From positions 62,001-126,000 of IMG/VR virus record IMGVR_UViG_3300027710_000011: a DNA stretch of 64,000 bases, one strand, 5' to 3'. Positions within the stretch are counted from its first letter, which is position 1. Each line of letters opens with the position of its first letter. The notes beneath the pieces are model-generated. The model was not told the DNA's origin. It ran no database searches and saw nothing but the letters and a program-made list of their open reading frames with translations. Below, one piece after another: positions 54,980 to 64,000 of the stretch. Made by a program: the position numbers and the translations under genes.

Positions 54980-55948
54980 TTACTTCTTCTTGGGAGTGGG
55001 CGAAGCGGCTTGAGCATTGGGCAGCTCGTACCAAAAGCGCGGATCACCACGGTCTTCGGAGTTCACATCTTGCCAGGCAGGATGTGTGCCATCAGCGTCT
55101 TGGATCTTGGGCAACTGCTTGTAGAAGCAAGCGCGCAGAGCAGCCAGCTTTGCCAGTTGCTCAGGATCACGGAAAACACGAGTGACAAACAAAGCACGCG
55201 ATGCCAGTGTGTCGACAGCACGACCACCGTTCAGGTTTGCGTATTCCACCTTGACAGCAGAGTACACGCCTTGGGTGTCGGAGTTGCCGCGCAGAGGGAT
55301 CAGTTTGAAGTTGCCCTTGACGGCCTTGACAGCGTCGGATTGCAAACCAGCAGAGATCAACACGCCGTCAACCTTACCGGCAGTCAGAGCCGCCAGAAGG
55401 AGACTGGTGCTTTCATAGCTGTCATCGATCTTCCACTGATACTTCATCATGTCGCTCAGAATGCGAGCGGTCACAGCAGAACCACCCACAGCGCCGATGG
55501 TGCGGTTCTTGAAGTCTTCAGCGTTGTTGTAAGCAACATCAGCGCCACCCAGCTTGGTAAAGCCCAGGTTGACGCCGCCTTCCTTCTTCACGTCAGCACG
55601 TGCGATCAGGTGAGCCGCTTCGTTGTGCAGCGTGAACAGCGTCTTCAGGTTCGACACCGAACTGGCGTTGTCGAAACGCGCAGCAGCCATCACGTCAAAC
55701 GGGATCAGCGCGGCCTTCACGCTATTGCCCTTGATCGACGCCAGGTTGGCCGTGCCGCCCTTGGACTGGACTTCTTCGAGCTTCATATTGTCGTCGCTGC
55801 AACGCTCGCTCAAGGTGCCGAGCATGTTGGAGTACACGCTGCCATTCTTGGCACCGCCACCACCGCCGACCTTGAAGACTTCTTGCGCTTGGATAGACAC
55901 GGACAGCATGAGAGCTGCGACCATCAGAAACAGACGATTCGTTTTCAC
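54980..55948 (-). CDS. TAXI-family (TRAP) periplasmic solute-binding protein
   Basis: Signal peptide, G..GSVY, SKGGTANL, LHNEAAHLIAR, IGAVGGS, GKVDG. Confidence 0.8.
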   Translation of the reverse strand: MKTNRLFLMVAALMLSVSIQAQEVFKVGGGGGAKNGSVYSNMLGTLSERCSDDNMKLEEVQSKGGTANLASIKGNSVKAALIPFDVMAAARFDNASSVSNLKTLFTLHNEAAHLIARADVKKEGGVNLGFTKLGGADVAYNNAEDFKNRTIGAVGGSAVTARILSDMMKYQWKIDDSYESTSLLLAALTAGKVDGVLISAGLQSDAVKAVKGNFKLIPLRGNSDTQGVYSAVKVEYANLNGGRAVDTLASRALFVTRVFRDPEQLAKLAALRACFYKQLPKIQDADGTHPAWQDVNSEDRGDPRFWYELPNAQAASPTPKKK

Positions 55949-55988
55949 AGATGTTTTCCTTTATAAGGTTTGGTTGAGGTTGTACTTC

Positions 55989-56132
55989 TTACTTGCCCAT
56001 GCCGCTGTAGCCGCCGCTGGTTTGTTCAGCAGGCACAGCGGTCTCGGCATCCGCGCCGCTTGTGAGCAAATAGTTCATGCCGACGAGGAAAGCGACCAAG
56101 GCAAGGCCGCCGAGGATGTAGTACTTCTTCAT
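55989..56132 (-). CDS. Small membrane or secreted protein (47 aa)
   Basis: Read manually: MKKYYILGGLALVAFLVGMNYLL...; ATG overlaps the upstream TGA. Confidence 0.6.
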   Translation of the reverse strand: MKKYYILGGLALVAFLVGMNYLLTSGADAETAVPAEQTSGGYSGMGK

Positions 56133-56947
56133 TGCTTGACCTGCTCTTTCTGGGTGACAGGGATTTCAAGGGTTTCGGTGGGAGACATCGTGATCTGATG
56201 CATCGTCACGCCGGAGATGGCCGCTTTTGTGCGGCTGTTATACAGGCTCTGCTCAATCTGAGCACGACGGCGTGCAACCGATTCGCGCACGGCAGTGAGC
56301 GACGCGTCGTTGCGGATGCGATCCGTGAATTCCTTGCGCTGAATGCCAGCCATCTTGGAGTTGAGAGAATCGCGTTTGAGACCCAAGTTCCAGTCAGTCT
56401 CCAGCGCGGTGATCAGACGTTCCCAGCGAGTCTGTTCGACCTTCCACAAGGAGATCTCGGAGCGTTGCAGTTCCAAGTCTTCGCGCATCATAGCGACTTC
56501 AGCTTTGCGATCAGCATAGCTTTCAGCAGTCATGTTGTTGATGCCGGCATTGACTTCAGCCTCGTACTGATGGATGCCAGTGTTCCAATCAGCAACGGCG
56601 TCTTCGGCCGCTTTGATGCGAACGTCTTCTTTGTTCCACAACGCCCACTGGGTTTGGATGGGATTGTCCGCTGCGATCTTTTGGATCAGAGCGATCTGCT
56701 TGACTTCCAGCCAGTTCCAGAAAGGACGCGCGCCGAAGAACGGGATGGCCGCCATTACGCTTGCCAAGATCAGACCGCCCAGACCCATGGTAGCACCCCA
56801 CATGGCCCAGGCGATCCAGTAGCCACCGCCACCCAACACAAAGGCACCGATCAAGCCGGTAACGATCATGTTGCGTTTCATCTTGTCTTTGAGACGAGTT
56901 GTCATCTCTTCGACGTCAAAACCCTTTTGCTTTTCAGACATTTTCAA
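56129..56947 (-). CDS. Two-TM membrane protein with long coiled coil (PspA-like by pattern)
   Basis: Two TMs then ~170 aa of heptads. Confidence 0.7.
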   Translation of the reverse strand: MKMSEKQKGFDVEEMTTRLKDKMKRNMIVTGLIGAFVLGGGGYWIAWAMWGATMGLGGLILASVMAAIPFFGARPFWNWLEVKQIALIQKIAADNPIQTQWALWNKEDVRIKAAEDAVADWNTGIHQYEAEVNAGINNMTAESYADRKAEVAMMREDLELQRSEISLWKVEQTRWERLITALETDWNLGLKRDSLNSKMAGIQRKEFTDRIRNDASLTAVRESVARRRAQIEQSLYNSRTKAAISGVTMHQITMSPTETLEIPVTQKEQVKQ

Positions 56948-57013
56948 TTGCCCTATTGGTTGATTAACTCAAAAGAAGTAGGTGTTCTAGGAAATTTTGG
57001 CAGTGTTTAATTC

Positions 57014-57748
57014 TTAGGTGACCGTGAAGGTGCCATGAACATACAGTGCCACTACGGAGATACTGGAGATCTCGTCATCTGTTCCAAACATTTCACTCAA
57101 CTTAAACAAGTGAGAAGTATGGACTATGTTTGCGAACTCCGCGCTAAACACGCCGGCGCTTGGCTGAAATCCTAAGAACGCCGATAACAAGAAATACTTG
57201 TCACGGAACTTGAATGTTTTATCGAAATGAGGTCCTTGTTTTTCTTGGTCAACACCGACCAAGAAAACCTTTCCGACTTCATCACCACTCAAGCGCGCCG
57301 TGAATTGAATCTTCCTACCTTGTTTGGTAAGCAGTTCCAACTCAATGGCGTTTACACAAATATCTTCGTTGTAGTTGATGGTGCCGACGACATTGTGATG
57401 TGGCGCCAACTTCTTGTGATCGAAGACGATAGTGTTTGGAGGTTCACCAGAGACGTCCAGCTTGTACTCGTAATTACGAATGGTTGAAGAACCCAGCTCG
57501 ATCACGTTCGATGTTGCGGGTTCAACTTCTTGCGCCTGGCCGGAGAGGCGCGACACTTCAGCTTGGAACTCGTCGAGGACTTTTGTCAGGCAAGTTTTGT
57601 CGCCTGTCAAGTCTTCGACTGTCGAGCCGCTCAGCGCAAGGATTTCACGAAGGGCTGGACCGCCGCTCACGACTGCTTGCAGCAGCTCAAACAGAGGCTT
57701 GTAGCTGAGCGTGACTTTGACGTCATCGATCTTTTCTGTTTCACTCAT
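57014..57748 (-). CDS. Hypothetical protein
   Basis: 244-aa ORF. Confidence 0.7.
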   Translation of the reverse strand: MSETEKIDDVKVTLSYKPLFELLQAVVSGGPALREILALSGSTVEDLTGDKTCLTKVLDEFQAEVSRLSGQAQEVEPATSNVIELGSSTIRNYEYKLDVSGEPPNTIVFDHKKLAPHHNVVGTINYNEDICVNAIELELLTKQGRKIQFTARLSGDEVGKVFLVGVDQEKQGPHFDKTFKFRDKYFLLSAFLGFQPSAGVFSAEFANIVHTSHLFKLSEMFGTDDEISSISVVALYVHGTFTVT

Positions 57749-57766
57749 TTTCTTTTGCTCCTGAAC

Positions 57767-58612
57767 TTAAGTGTATTGTTGCACGTAATGGTTGCCGACA
57801 ATGATGTTGCTGTGAATGTTGTCAACAGTGAAGTAACCTTCAGGTTCTTGTTGAGGCAGTTTAAAACCTAGCTTCTTTCCGAACTTTGGGTTGTACTCGT
57901 TGACAAGACGTCGAACACCGTCGTCGTTTGTTTTGTTGAACCAATTGGCCTTATCCAACACGTCTTCCTCGTCACCGGTTTTGATGTAGAGGGCAACAGC
58001 TAGAATCTGGTCAAGAACCGGCGTGTCCTTCAAGTAGACACACAGGTTAGCCACATGCACATCGTCTTTGGTCAGGAGCTCCAGGCTATAAGGCGTGGAG
58101 TATCCCGGAGAGATGGTTCTCTCGATGATGCTTTGGTGACCACGCTTGAGTACAAACTTGAAGATGCTGTTCGGATTATCGATGACGATCTCGTCGCCAC
58201 CAATGAAGATCCGAATCTCATCACCGAAGCCCATGTTGTCCACCAGCTTGAGCGCTTTCTTGATTGCACTTCTGGCCTTGTAGACACTGGATCTTCGATC
58301 ACGCTGGTACTTACGTTTTCTTCTATCAAGTTCTTCTTGCGAAGGTTGACAGTTGTTAACGTTGATCCAATTACCAGTACCGGAAATAAACCACCGCGTA
58401 TCAGTAGACACGGTGTTGTACGTAATACTGGTCGTACCGTTTGTTGGGATGATGATTTCGGACGTTGTTGCGGCTATCGATCGTATCGGCTGAATCACCG
58501 ACAAAGAACCAGCATTAGACGGAACCCAAATCCAACTACCGTCGCGAGGACCTATCGTGACAAATTCAGTGCACGTAGTAGCAATTGGTAGGGTACCTGT
58601 CGTGATGATTCC
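57767..58612 (-). CDS. Hypothetical phage protein
   Basis: Thr-rich N-terminus; ANLCVY..DTPVLDQILA..L motif; start uncertain, ORF open to 58663. Confidence 0.7.
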   Translation of the reverse strand, partial: GIITTGTLPIATTCTEFVTIGPRDGSWIWVPSNAGSLSVIQPIRSIAATTSEIIIPTNGTTSITYNTVSTDTRWFISGTGNWINVNNCQPSQEELDRRKRKYQRDRRSSVYKARSAIKKALKLVDNMGFGDEIRIFIGGDEIVIDNPNSIFKFVLKRGHQSIIERTISPGYSTPYSLELLTKDDVHVANLCVYLKDTPVLDQILAVALYIKTGDEEDVLDKANWFNKTNDDGVRRLVNEYNPKFGKKLGFKLPQQEPEGYFTVDNIHSNIIVGNHYVQQYT

Positions 58613-58659
58613 TGTTCTTGGGATCTCTGGAACAATCAACTCACCTGTCAGTTCCGTTG

Positions 58660-59136
58660 TCATCCGCCTGCAAGGGCACGGGTCGCAATAAGGCGATCGC
58701 CCTTCTTGACTTCATCAGCATCGCGAATGCGGCGCTCAGCTTGGAACTCGCGCTTGACCTCATCCTTGCGCTTTGCAAGACCTGCGCTGCCTGCGTCCAC
58801 ATTGCGCGCGATGTCAGCATCATCCATCAGCTTGACGATCTTCTCGAAGTCCTTGTCCTTGATGATCAAGTTTTCGATGGTATCCACGCCCTTCTTACCC
58901 AGCTTGCGCTTGTAAGAGATATTGGTCATGGGCAAACGACGCGTCGTGAAGAAGACGTAGTTCTCAGCCATCTTCTTGCGGATGAGGTCTTTCATCGCTG
59001 CATCGTTTTCAGGCGACCACGTTATCGTGATATCGCCAGTCATCGAGAGGAAGGTAATCCCAACATGATCGTCAGGAACTTGTTGGTTGGTTGTGTTATC
59101 GTACATTTGAACTTCTCGCTGCAAGAAATCATTCAT
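58660..59136 (-). CDS. Hypothetical phage protein
   Basis: ITFLSMTGDITITW motif, ends RALAGG. Confidence 0.7.
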   Translation of the reverse strand: MNDFLQREVQMYDNTTNQQVPDDHVGITFLSMTGDITITWSPENDAAMKDLIRKKMAENYVFFTTRRLPMTNISYKRKLGKKGVDTIENLIIKDKDFEKIVKLMDDADIARNVDAGSAGLAKRKDEVKREFQAERRIRDADEVKKGDRLIATRALAGG

Positions 59137-59224
59137 GGTTGTAAACCTCCGTATTAGCTAGGGAGGTGATATGTGACCAAAAAAGAATAGACTGTAATTG
59201 AGGAGGGCATTTGCCCTCCTCAAT

Positions 59225-59743
59225 TTAAAACGCTGCTTGACAGATTTTCATTTTGTCAACCATAAAGCTCAACAAATGCATGCCCTTGCCTTCATTGCGC
59301 GGTACAGAAACGACGTAGGTAATCAAGGGGTCAGTAACGTCTTCTGGCACAATCGTAATGCTGATATCCTTGAAACTATCGTTAATGATTTTCTCGGCAA
59401 AGGAAACGTCCTTGAACGGAGAAACAGCTTCAGGATGACGAGAAGTCATTGTGCGAAGATAATTGCGATGAGCTACGCGATAAATGTAGCTCAACATGTC
59501 TGCGTGCTCTACTGCATCAATGCCGGCGTTAGCGACGAAGACCATGCAGGCATCCATAAAGCGATGGTACGCATCGATGCCTTCATTATATTTCTGACGA
59601 TGCAAGACACCGGCTACAACTTGACCCGGAGCGCATTCGTTGCAGTCGGCGACTGAGCCATAGCACATGAGAATATCCTCAATCAGCTGAACAAATGGCA
59701 TCATGTCTTTGGTTACGATTTTGTTAGTTGTGCTCATCTTCAA
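59225..59743 (-). CDS. Hypothetical protein
   Basis: ORF. Confidence 0.7.
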   Translation of the reverse strand: MKMSTTNKIVTKDMMPFVQLIEDILMCYGSVADCNECAPGQVVAGVLHRQKYNEGIDAYHRFMDACMVFVANAGIDAVEHADMLSYIYRVAHRNYLRTMTSRHPEAVSPFKDVSFAEKIINDSFKDISITIVPEDVTDPLITYVVSVPRNEGKGMHLLSFMVDKMKICQAAF

Positions 59744-59766
59744 TCCTTTTTATTAATGGTAATTAT

Positions 59767-60105
59767 TCAGTGCAGTACTTCTTGAGAAGCGCCGATCAGG
59801 TGGACTTTCACACCGTGTTCAGCAGCTACGCTTTTCACAAGTGAGTTCAAAGCCATACCCATCATTGCGTTGCGCTCTTCTTCAGAAGCGTTCTTGAAGC
59901 TCAGACGCACTTCTTCAGGCCACAACAACTTAGGGTTACAGCACGAGAAGTCAGGCGTGCACTCACCACCTTCCATCTTCTCGCGATACAAGACCTTGTC
60001 TTCTTTGTCACAGACGCTGTACCAGCGATTGTTGTTGTGGATAGGATTGCCCTTCACCCACTCTTCCAATTGCTGGTCTGGTGTCATTTCGTTTTCTTCG
60101 AGCAT
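59767..60105 (-). CDS. Hypothetical phage protein
   Basis: GECTPDFSCC.P motif. Confidence 0.7.
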   Translation of the reverse strand: MLEENEMTPDQQLEEWVKGNPIHNNNRWYSVCDKEDKVLYREKMEGGECTPDFSCCNPKLLWPEEVRLSFKNASEEERNAMMGMALNSLVKSVAAEHGVKVHLIGASQEVLH

Positions 60106-60425
60106 GACTTATCCTTTTTTGCGAACTTAGCCTTACTACCATTCACGTAATGGGCTTTTTGCTGACAATAGAGACTCACAGCACTGCGAGACATACGGCC
60201 AAGAATAGCGTTGGCTTCACACTCGAACTCATCACGGGCGCTACCCAGATCAGAGAACGTGCGCGTTTCCATGCTTTGCCCGCTGCCGATGAGAACGTAG
60301 AACTCACGTTCATTATCCTTAGCGTGCAAGCGAACACGATATCCTGCGTACGCGAAGTCCCCCAGGTCGAGTAATCCCGTACAAGGGATCTCTTCTTCAG
60401 ACGGACGGTTTATCGTCTTTGGCAT
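60084..60425 (-). CDS. Hypothetical protein
   Basis: Start set at MPKTI. Confidence 0.6.
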   Translation of the reverse strand: MPKTINRPSEEEIPCTGLLDLGDFAYAGYRVRLHAKDNEREFYVLIGSGQSMETRTFSDLGSARDEFECEANAILGRMSRSAVSLYCQQKAHYVNGSKAKFAKKDKSCSKKTK

Positions 60426-60726
60426 CTTCAGCTCCTGGTGCGGCCGCACGAATGATATCAGCAGCACGTTCAACAATGTCTTTGCGCGACTCGTACTCGC
60501 AGTTCCGTAAGACTTTGCCAACGCCCGAGTTATCGGTTGTCAGGTCTTCCATGATTCCACGTGCTGCAGCATGCGCCCAGTCCACAGCTGGAACTATTTC
60601 ATCCTGACCATCAGGTTGATCGTAAGGAAGAAAAGCAGCCTGTTCCAACTTTTTCTTGGCCGCGAGGAGTCTTACTTGCTGATGTTTCCAGTGAACTTGC
60701 ACTGGTTTGATTTGTTTTTCGCTCAC
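60397..60726 (-). CDS. Hypothetical protein
   Basis: DWAHAAARGIM.DL motif. Confidence 0.7.
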   Translation of the reverse strand: MSEKQIKPVQVHWKHQQVRLLAAKKKLEQAAFLPYDQPDGQDEIVPAVDWAHAAARGIMEDLTTDNSGVGKVLRNCEYESRKDIVERAADIIRAAAPGAEDAKDDKPSV

Positions 60727-60735
60727 GATGTCTCC

Positions 60736-61017
60736 CTAGCCGTGACGGTCGATGATCTTCTTCTTCAGACCTTCGTAAGTCGGGTCGAGCAAGAAGGCGG
60801 TATCCGGTTGATCTTTCTTGGTTGTGTTCTGGGTCTCGAAGAAGATACGATCACCCTTCTTACCAGCGATGTCTTTGGCAAGCGGTGGCGTATCTGTTGC
60901 CAAACGTGTGATCAGGCCGATGAAGTGGTACTGATTGTCCGTACCCAATTTGCTGACCAGAACAGATCCTGGGGCTTTCTTGGAATTGAACTTAAGTGTT
61001 GGTTGCGTGTTCATCAC
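60736..61017 (-). CDS. Hypothetical protein
   Basis: ORF with RBS AGGAG. Confidence 0.65.
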   Translation of the reverse strand: MMNTQPTLKFNSKKAPGSVLVSKLGTDNQYHFIGLITRLATDTPPLAKDIAGKKGDRIFFETQNTTKKDQPDTAFLLDPTYEGLKKKIIDRHG

Positions 61018-61076
61018 TATCTCCTTTTTTACAGAATAAAAAGAAGAGGTGGTTAGCCTCTTCTCTTAGGGGTGGT

Positions 61077-61295
61077 TCAAGCTACGCCTAACAAGTTTCC
61101 CGAGCCAGGTACTACGTGTCGGGTTAACAAAGGGCCAGAGGTATAAACGAGGTCGTACATGCCGCCTTGAATGCGGACAGGAACCATTGGCATGGGCTTC
61201 ATCACAAGCCTTTCTTGCTTGTGTTCATTCGCATAATCAATGTATTCCTGCAGAGCTTTTGGTATTGAATAAGCGCTCGGAAGTAATCTCACCAT
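61077..61295 (-). CDS. Small hypothetical protein
   Basis: 72-aa ORF before a terminator. Confidence 0.5.
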   Translation of the reverse strand: MVRLLPSAYSIPKALQEYIDYANEHKQERLVMKPMPMVPVRIQGGMYDLVYTSGPLLTRHVVPGSGNLLGVA

Positions 61296-61348
61296 GGCAG
61301 GGAAAAAGAATACACTATCACAAAATCACTGCTATGGTTTTTAACTAC

Positions 61349-61714
61349 TCACCAGAAGCTGTATTCCCAATCAGCCACGTATTTCGCACGGAGTTGAGGC
61401 TCGTATTCCGGGTTGCCCAGGAAACGTTTGATCTCCAACTCGTTCGAGTAACGCAGCTTGCGCTCTTCCATGTTGCGGTAGTAGTGGTTGGGAGTCCAGG
61501 CATTGTTGTGCTTGGCCTCACCGTGAATCTCCCAGTACCGCTGGTTGCGCTCTTGTTCCGTCATCGGACGGTAGGTAGGGCACCCACCGTGACCACGCTC
61601 CATCTCGTGAAGGAAATAGTCACAGGTAGTGTAGAAACCGCCGGACTTAAAGCCGCCGTATTTAGAGGGACGGCAAGTCTTTTCGTAAGTCTTGCGACGG
61701 ATGGTTCTGCTCAT
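61349..61714 (-). CDS. Hypothetical phage protein
   Basis: MSRTIRRK start with RBS AGGAG. Confidence 0.7.
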   Translation of the reverse strand: MSRTIRRKTYEKTCRPSKYGGFKSGGFYTTCDYFLHEMERGHGGCPTYRPMTEQERNQRYWEIHGEAKHNNAWTPNHYYRNMEERKLRYSNELEIKRFLGNPEYEPQLRAKYVADWEYSFW

Positions 61715-61788
61715 TGATTTCTCCTTGAAGTCGACATCGACTTAAAAGAGTGGAGCAGAAGTGTTGTTCTTTGTATTTCATGTCAGTC

Positions 61789-62550
61789 CTATTTGAGAAG
61801 CTTTGTTTGCTTTTGAATTTCCAGAGCGAACTTTCTGAACTCGTCTTCGTTACCAAAGACAATGTATTCGCCACGGGTCACATGATGTTGAACACCGGCA
61901 TCTGTCATGGCTTGCACGATCTTGTCCATCGGCAATTCCTTCACAGGAATATCCGTTGGAATGAGAACGCTGGTCTCGATTTTTTGCAGAGCATCTTTAC
62001 TGAGATTGTGGTCGCGATACGCACTGCGGATACCGCCACCATCTATTTGATCCCAGCAGACCGGTGTGACTTGGTTGTCTGGCACCGTCACGACTGTCAG
62101 ACCTGGAGATACTTCATTCACGGTGGTGGCTGCCATGAGTTCGTTATTTCCAACAAGCTCTTCATACTTGCTGGAAGTAATGTGGAGCCTGTTGGACTTC
62201 ACGCCGGAACGAACTGCTGCTAGCACAATGCGTTTTTCCCAACGCTCCGTACTCATCGCCGGCAAAGATGCCCATTTGTAGTAAATTTCTAACGGAATGT
62301 GCATCCGAAACGGAATCTGAGTCGAAGCTTTGTCAAAGCCAGAAAGCGGCTCATTGGTGGCCATTACATTACCGTTACCGCCTCTTATGTACTCGCTCAA
62401 GACGTAAGTCAAGCCATACGCTTCAAAGCTCTCGCAACGAAGTTCGCCATACTGCTGTAACAATTCAGCGTCACTAAGTTTGAGAACTTCGGCAATGATC
62501 TTGTCCACCTCGACGAAATTGGCGGCGTCGTAATAATCAATCTTACTCAT
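61789..62550 (-). CDS. Hypothetical protein
   Basis: 253-aa ORF, coupled overlap. Confidence 0.7.
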   Translation of the reverse strand: MSKIDYYDAANFVEVDKIIAEVLKLSDAELLQQYGELRCESFEAYGLTYVLSEYIRGGNGNVMATNEPLSGFDKASTQIPFRMHIPLEIYYKWASLPAMSTERWEKRIVLAAVRSGVKSNRLHITSSKYEELVGNNELMAATTVNEVSPGLTVVTVPDNQVTPVCWDQIDGGGIRSAYRDHNLSKDALQKIETSVLIPTDIPVKELPMDKIVQAMTDAGVQHHVTRGEYIVFGNEDEFRKFALEIQKQTKLLK

Positions 62551-63029
62551 GTTCTTTTTCCTATTTTGAGTTCTTGACCAATTTCCATATACAGCTCGTT
62601 ATGTCGTCTTTCACGAGCTGCTAAGGCGTCGATGCAGGTGAACATGTTTGTGAACATGTCCTTCTCGCGAAGCCCGTTTCCGATAGTGTACGAGATCATC
62701 TCAGGCGTGACCTCTGGCAACGGATAGTGTTTTTTGCAGAACTGCGCAAGCGTCATTGGACTTGCGTCAGGCAACTTGAAGGGCTTGTGACTGGATTCTT
62801 TCACCGCCTGCATCACGGCAAGTTGGAAGTCAGAGGGATGATGCCTAGCGATCTTACTGGCATCGTTGCGAACCCACATCTCCTGACCTTCGGTTTTACT
62901 GCGCAGCCAGCCGTCTTCTTCAAGAGTTTTGGCAGCCATCTCTTGAGCATGAGTCTTCCCAACTTGCATTGAAGACATTGCTGCAAAGAGAGCGAGACTT
63001 TGGTAAGGACGTAATGGAAAGCGTGCCAT
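62547..63029 (-). CDS. Hypothetical protein
   Basis: 160-aa ORF. Confidence 0.65.
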   Translation of the reverse strand: MARFPLRPYQSLALFAAMSSMQVGKTHAQEMAAKTLEEDGWLRSKTEGQEMWVRNDASKIARHHPSDFQLAVMQAVKESSHKPFKLPDASPMTLAQFCKKHYPLPEVTPEMISYTIGNGLREKDMFTNMFTCIDALAARERRHNELYMEIGQELKIGKRT

Positions 63030-63058
63030 TTTCGTATCTTTCTGAGTTGAGACGAGCT

Positions 63059-63382
63059 CTAGTACTGACTGTCAAGTTCTGCGATTTCCTCAGCAGTGAT
63101 TTGAAGAGTCAGAATAGACATGCAGTCCTCAGGACTGATCACACCTGTCCAAAGCTCGCCGTCGGTTGTGACGATTGCGATCTTGTTTTGAAATGTAGTC
63201 GTATCAACATTCTTAGTGATACGACCGTAACTGATGAACAAGTTCTGAATGAACTGCTCGTCTTTGAATCTTGCTGTTGGAATCTGAATTTGCTTCAGTT
63301 GTTCTTCTTGTCTTGATCTGACGAATTCTGCGAACGTATCTTGGAAGTCCGCTTTCTTGTTTCGTGTCATAAACTCAAACAT
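63059..63382 (-). CDS. Hypothetical protein
   Basis: ORF with RBS GAGG. Confidence 0.65.
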   Translation of the reverse strand: MFEFMTRNKKADFQDTFAEFVRSRQEEQLKQIQIPTARFKDEQFIQNLFISYGRITKNVDTTTFQNKIAIVTTDGELWTGVISPEDCMSILTLQITAEEIAELDSQY

Positions 63383-63470
63383 TTGGTTTCCTCACCCCCG
63401 TTTATTGATCTATACTTTTTACTGACGTAATAAAAAAGAGCAGGATATCCTGCTCTTTTCCATCGTTGTT

Positions 63471-63998
63471 TTATTTTGTCTTTTGCGCTTCGTAATCAAC
63501 TTTCAAGCGATTCATCAGGTTTTCCATTTGAAACAGATCACGCTGATCGCTTGATGAGTTGAACACAATTTGACGTACTTCCTTTTCGAACATGCCGTGT
63601 TGGTTGCAGCACGAGTGATCAGGTAAGCACAGGCCGCGTTCAAAATCCGGTATTTCAACAGTTTGACTGTTGGCTTGTGCACGAGCGCGCAGCTGATGTT
63701 GTTTGCTCCACATGAAAGCCAGTGGTATTTTGAAGATAGGAATGTCCGCATTACCTTTGACACGGATGGGATCCATGTCTTCTAGATACGGAACCAACGA
63801 CTGATGAACAGAGTATCCTTCCACCCAACGCGACAACACGGTGATCCGGTCCAGAGATTCAATTCGCTTGATCAGACGAATGTCTTTCTCAGTGAACCCA
63901 TCTTTCTTGTATCGCAGCGTCATGTAATCCTGACAGTCTTCCGGTGTGAACTTCAAAGGAGGGCTATCTGGATCAAGCGCAATTGCATAGACACCAAT
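63471..63998 (-). CDS. Hypothetical protein, 5' end outside the window
   Basis: Frame stays open to the window edge (IGVYAIALDPDSPPLKF...). Confidence 0.65.
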   Translation of the reverse strand: MGVYAIALDPDSPPLKFTPEDCQDYMTLRYKKDGFTEKDIRLIKRIESLDRITVLSRWVEGYSVHQSLVPYLEDMDPIRVKGNADIPIFKIPLAFMWSKQHQLRARAQANSQTVEIPDFERGLCLPDHSCCNQHGMFEKEVRQIVFNSSSDQRDLFQMENLMNRLKVDYEAQKTK

Positions 63999-64000
63999 CT

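Overview
This 64-kb window comes from a jumbo phage genome, most consistent with the phiKZ-related group infecting Proteobacteria. The assignment is inferred from A-x-E-processed head proteins, a gp175-like protease homologue, a SNF2 helicase and the virion-protein families present. About 75% of it is a dense minus-strand array of small, mostly hypothetical genes, punctuated by hairpin terminators and a recurrent GTGATATGT motif. Plus-strand islands encode a 1425-aa acidic repeat virion protein, a SNF2 helicase, two internal-head proteins and class Ia ribonucleotide reductase (nrdA/nrdB). Recognisable accessory genes: SleB-type cell-wall hydrolase, AAA ATPase, a stand-alone CCA-enzyme HD phosphatase domain, dCTP deaminase, an SspB-like ClpXP adaptor, an alpha-CTD-like protein, a SET-domain methyltransferase, a TAXI solute-binding protein, an LprI-like protein and an HNH endonuclease. 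The most unusual signals are non-coding. One is a ~1.1-kb, heavily base-paired minus-strand RNA-like region (20.4-21.5 kb) with GNRA loops and an internally duplicated motif. The other is an RNA island at 50.0-52.7 kb holding tRNA-Thr, an atypical tRNA-Asn, a tRNA half, a tRNA-like RNA with an expanded anticodon arm and three other structured RNAs. All family assignments are by eye from motifs; no searches or folding programs were run.
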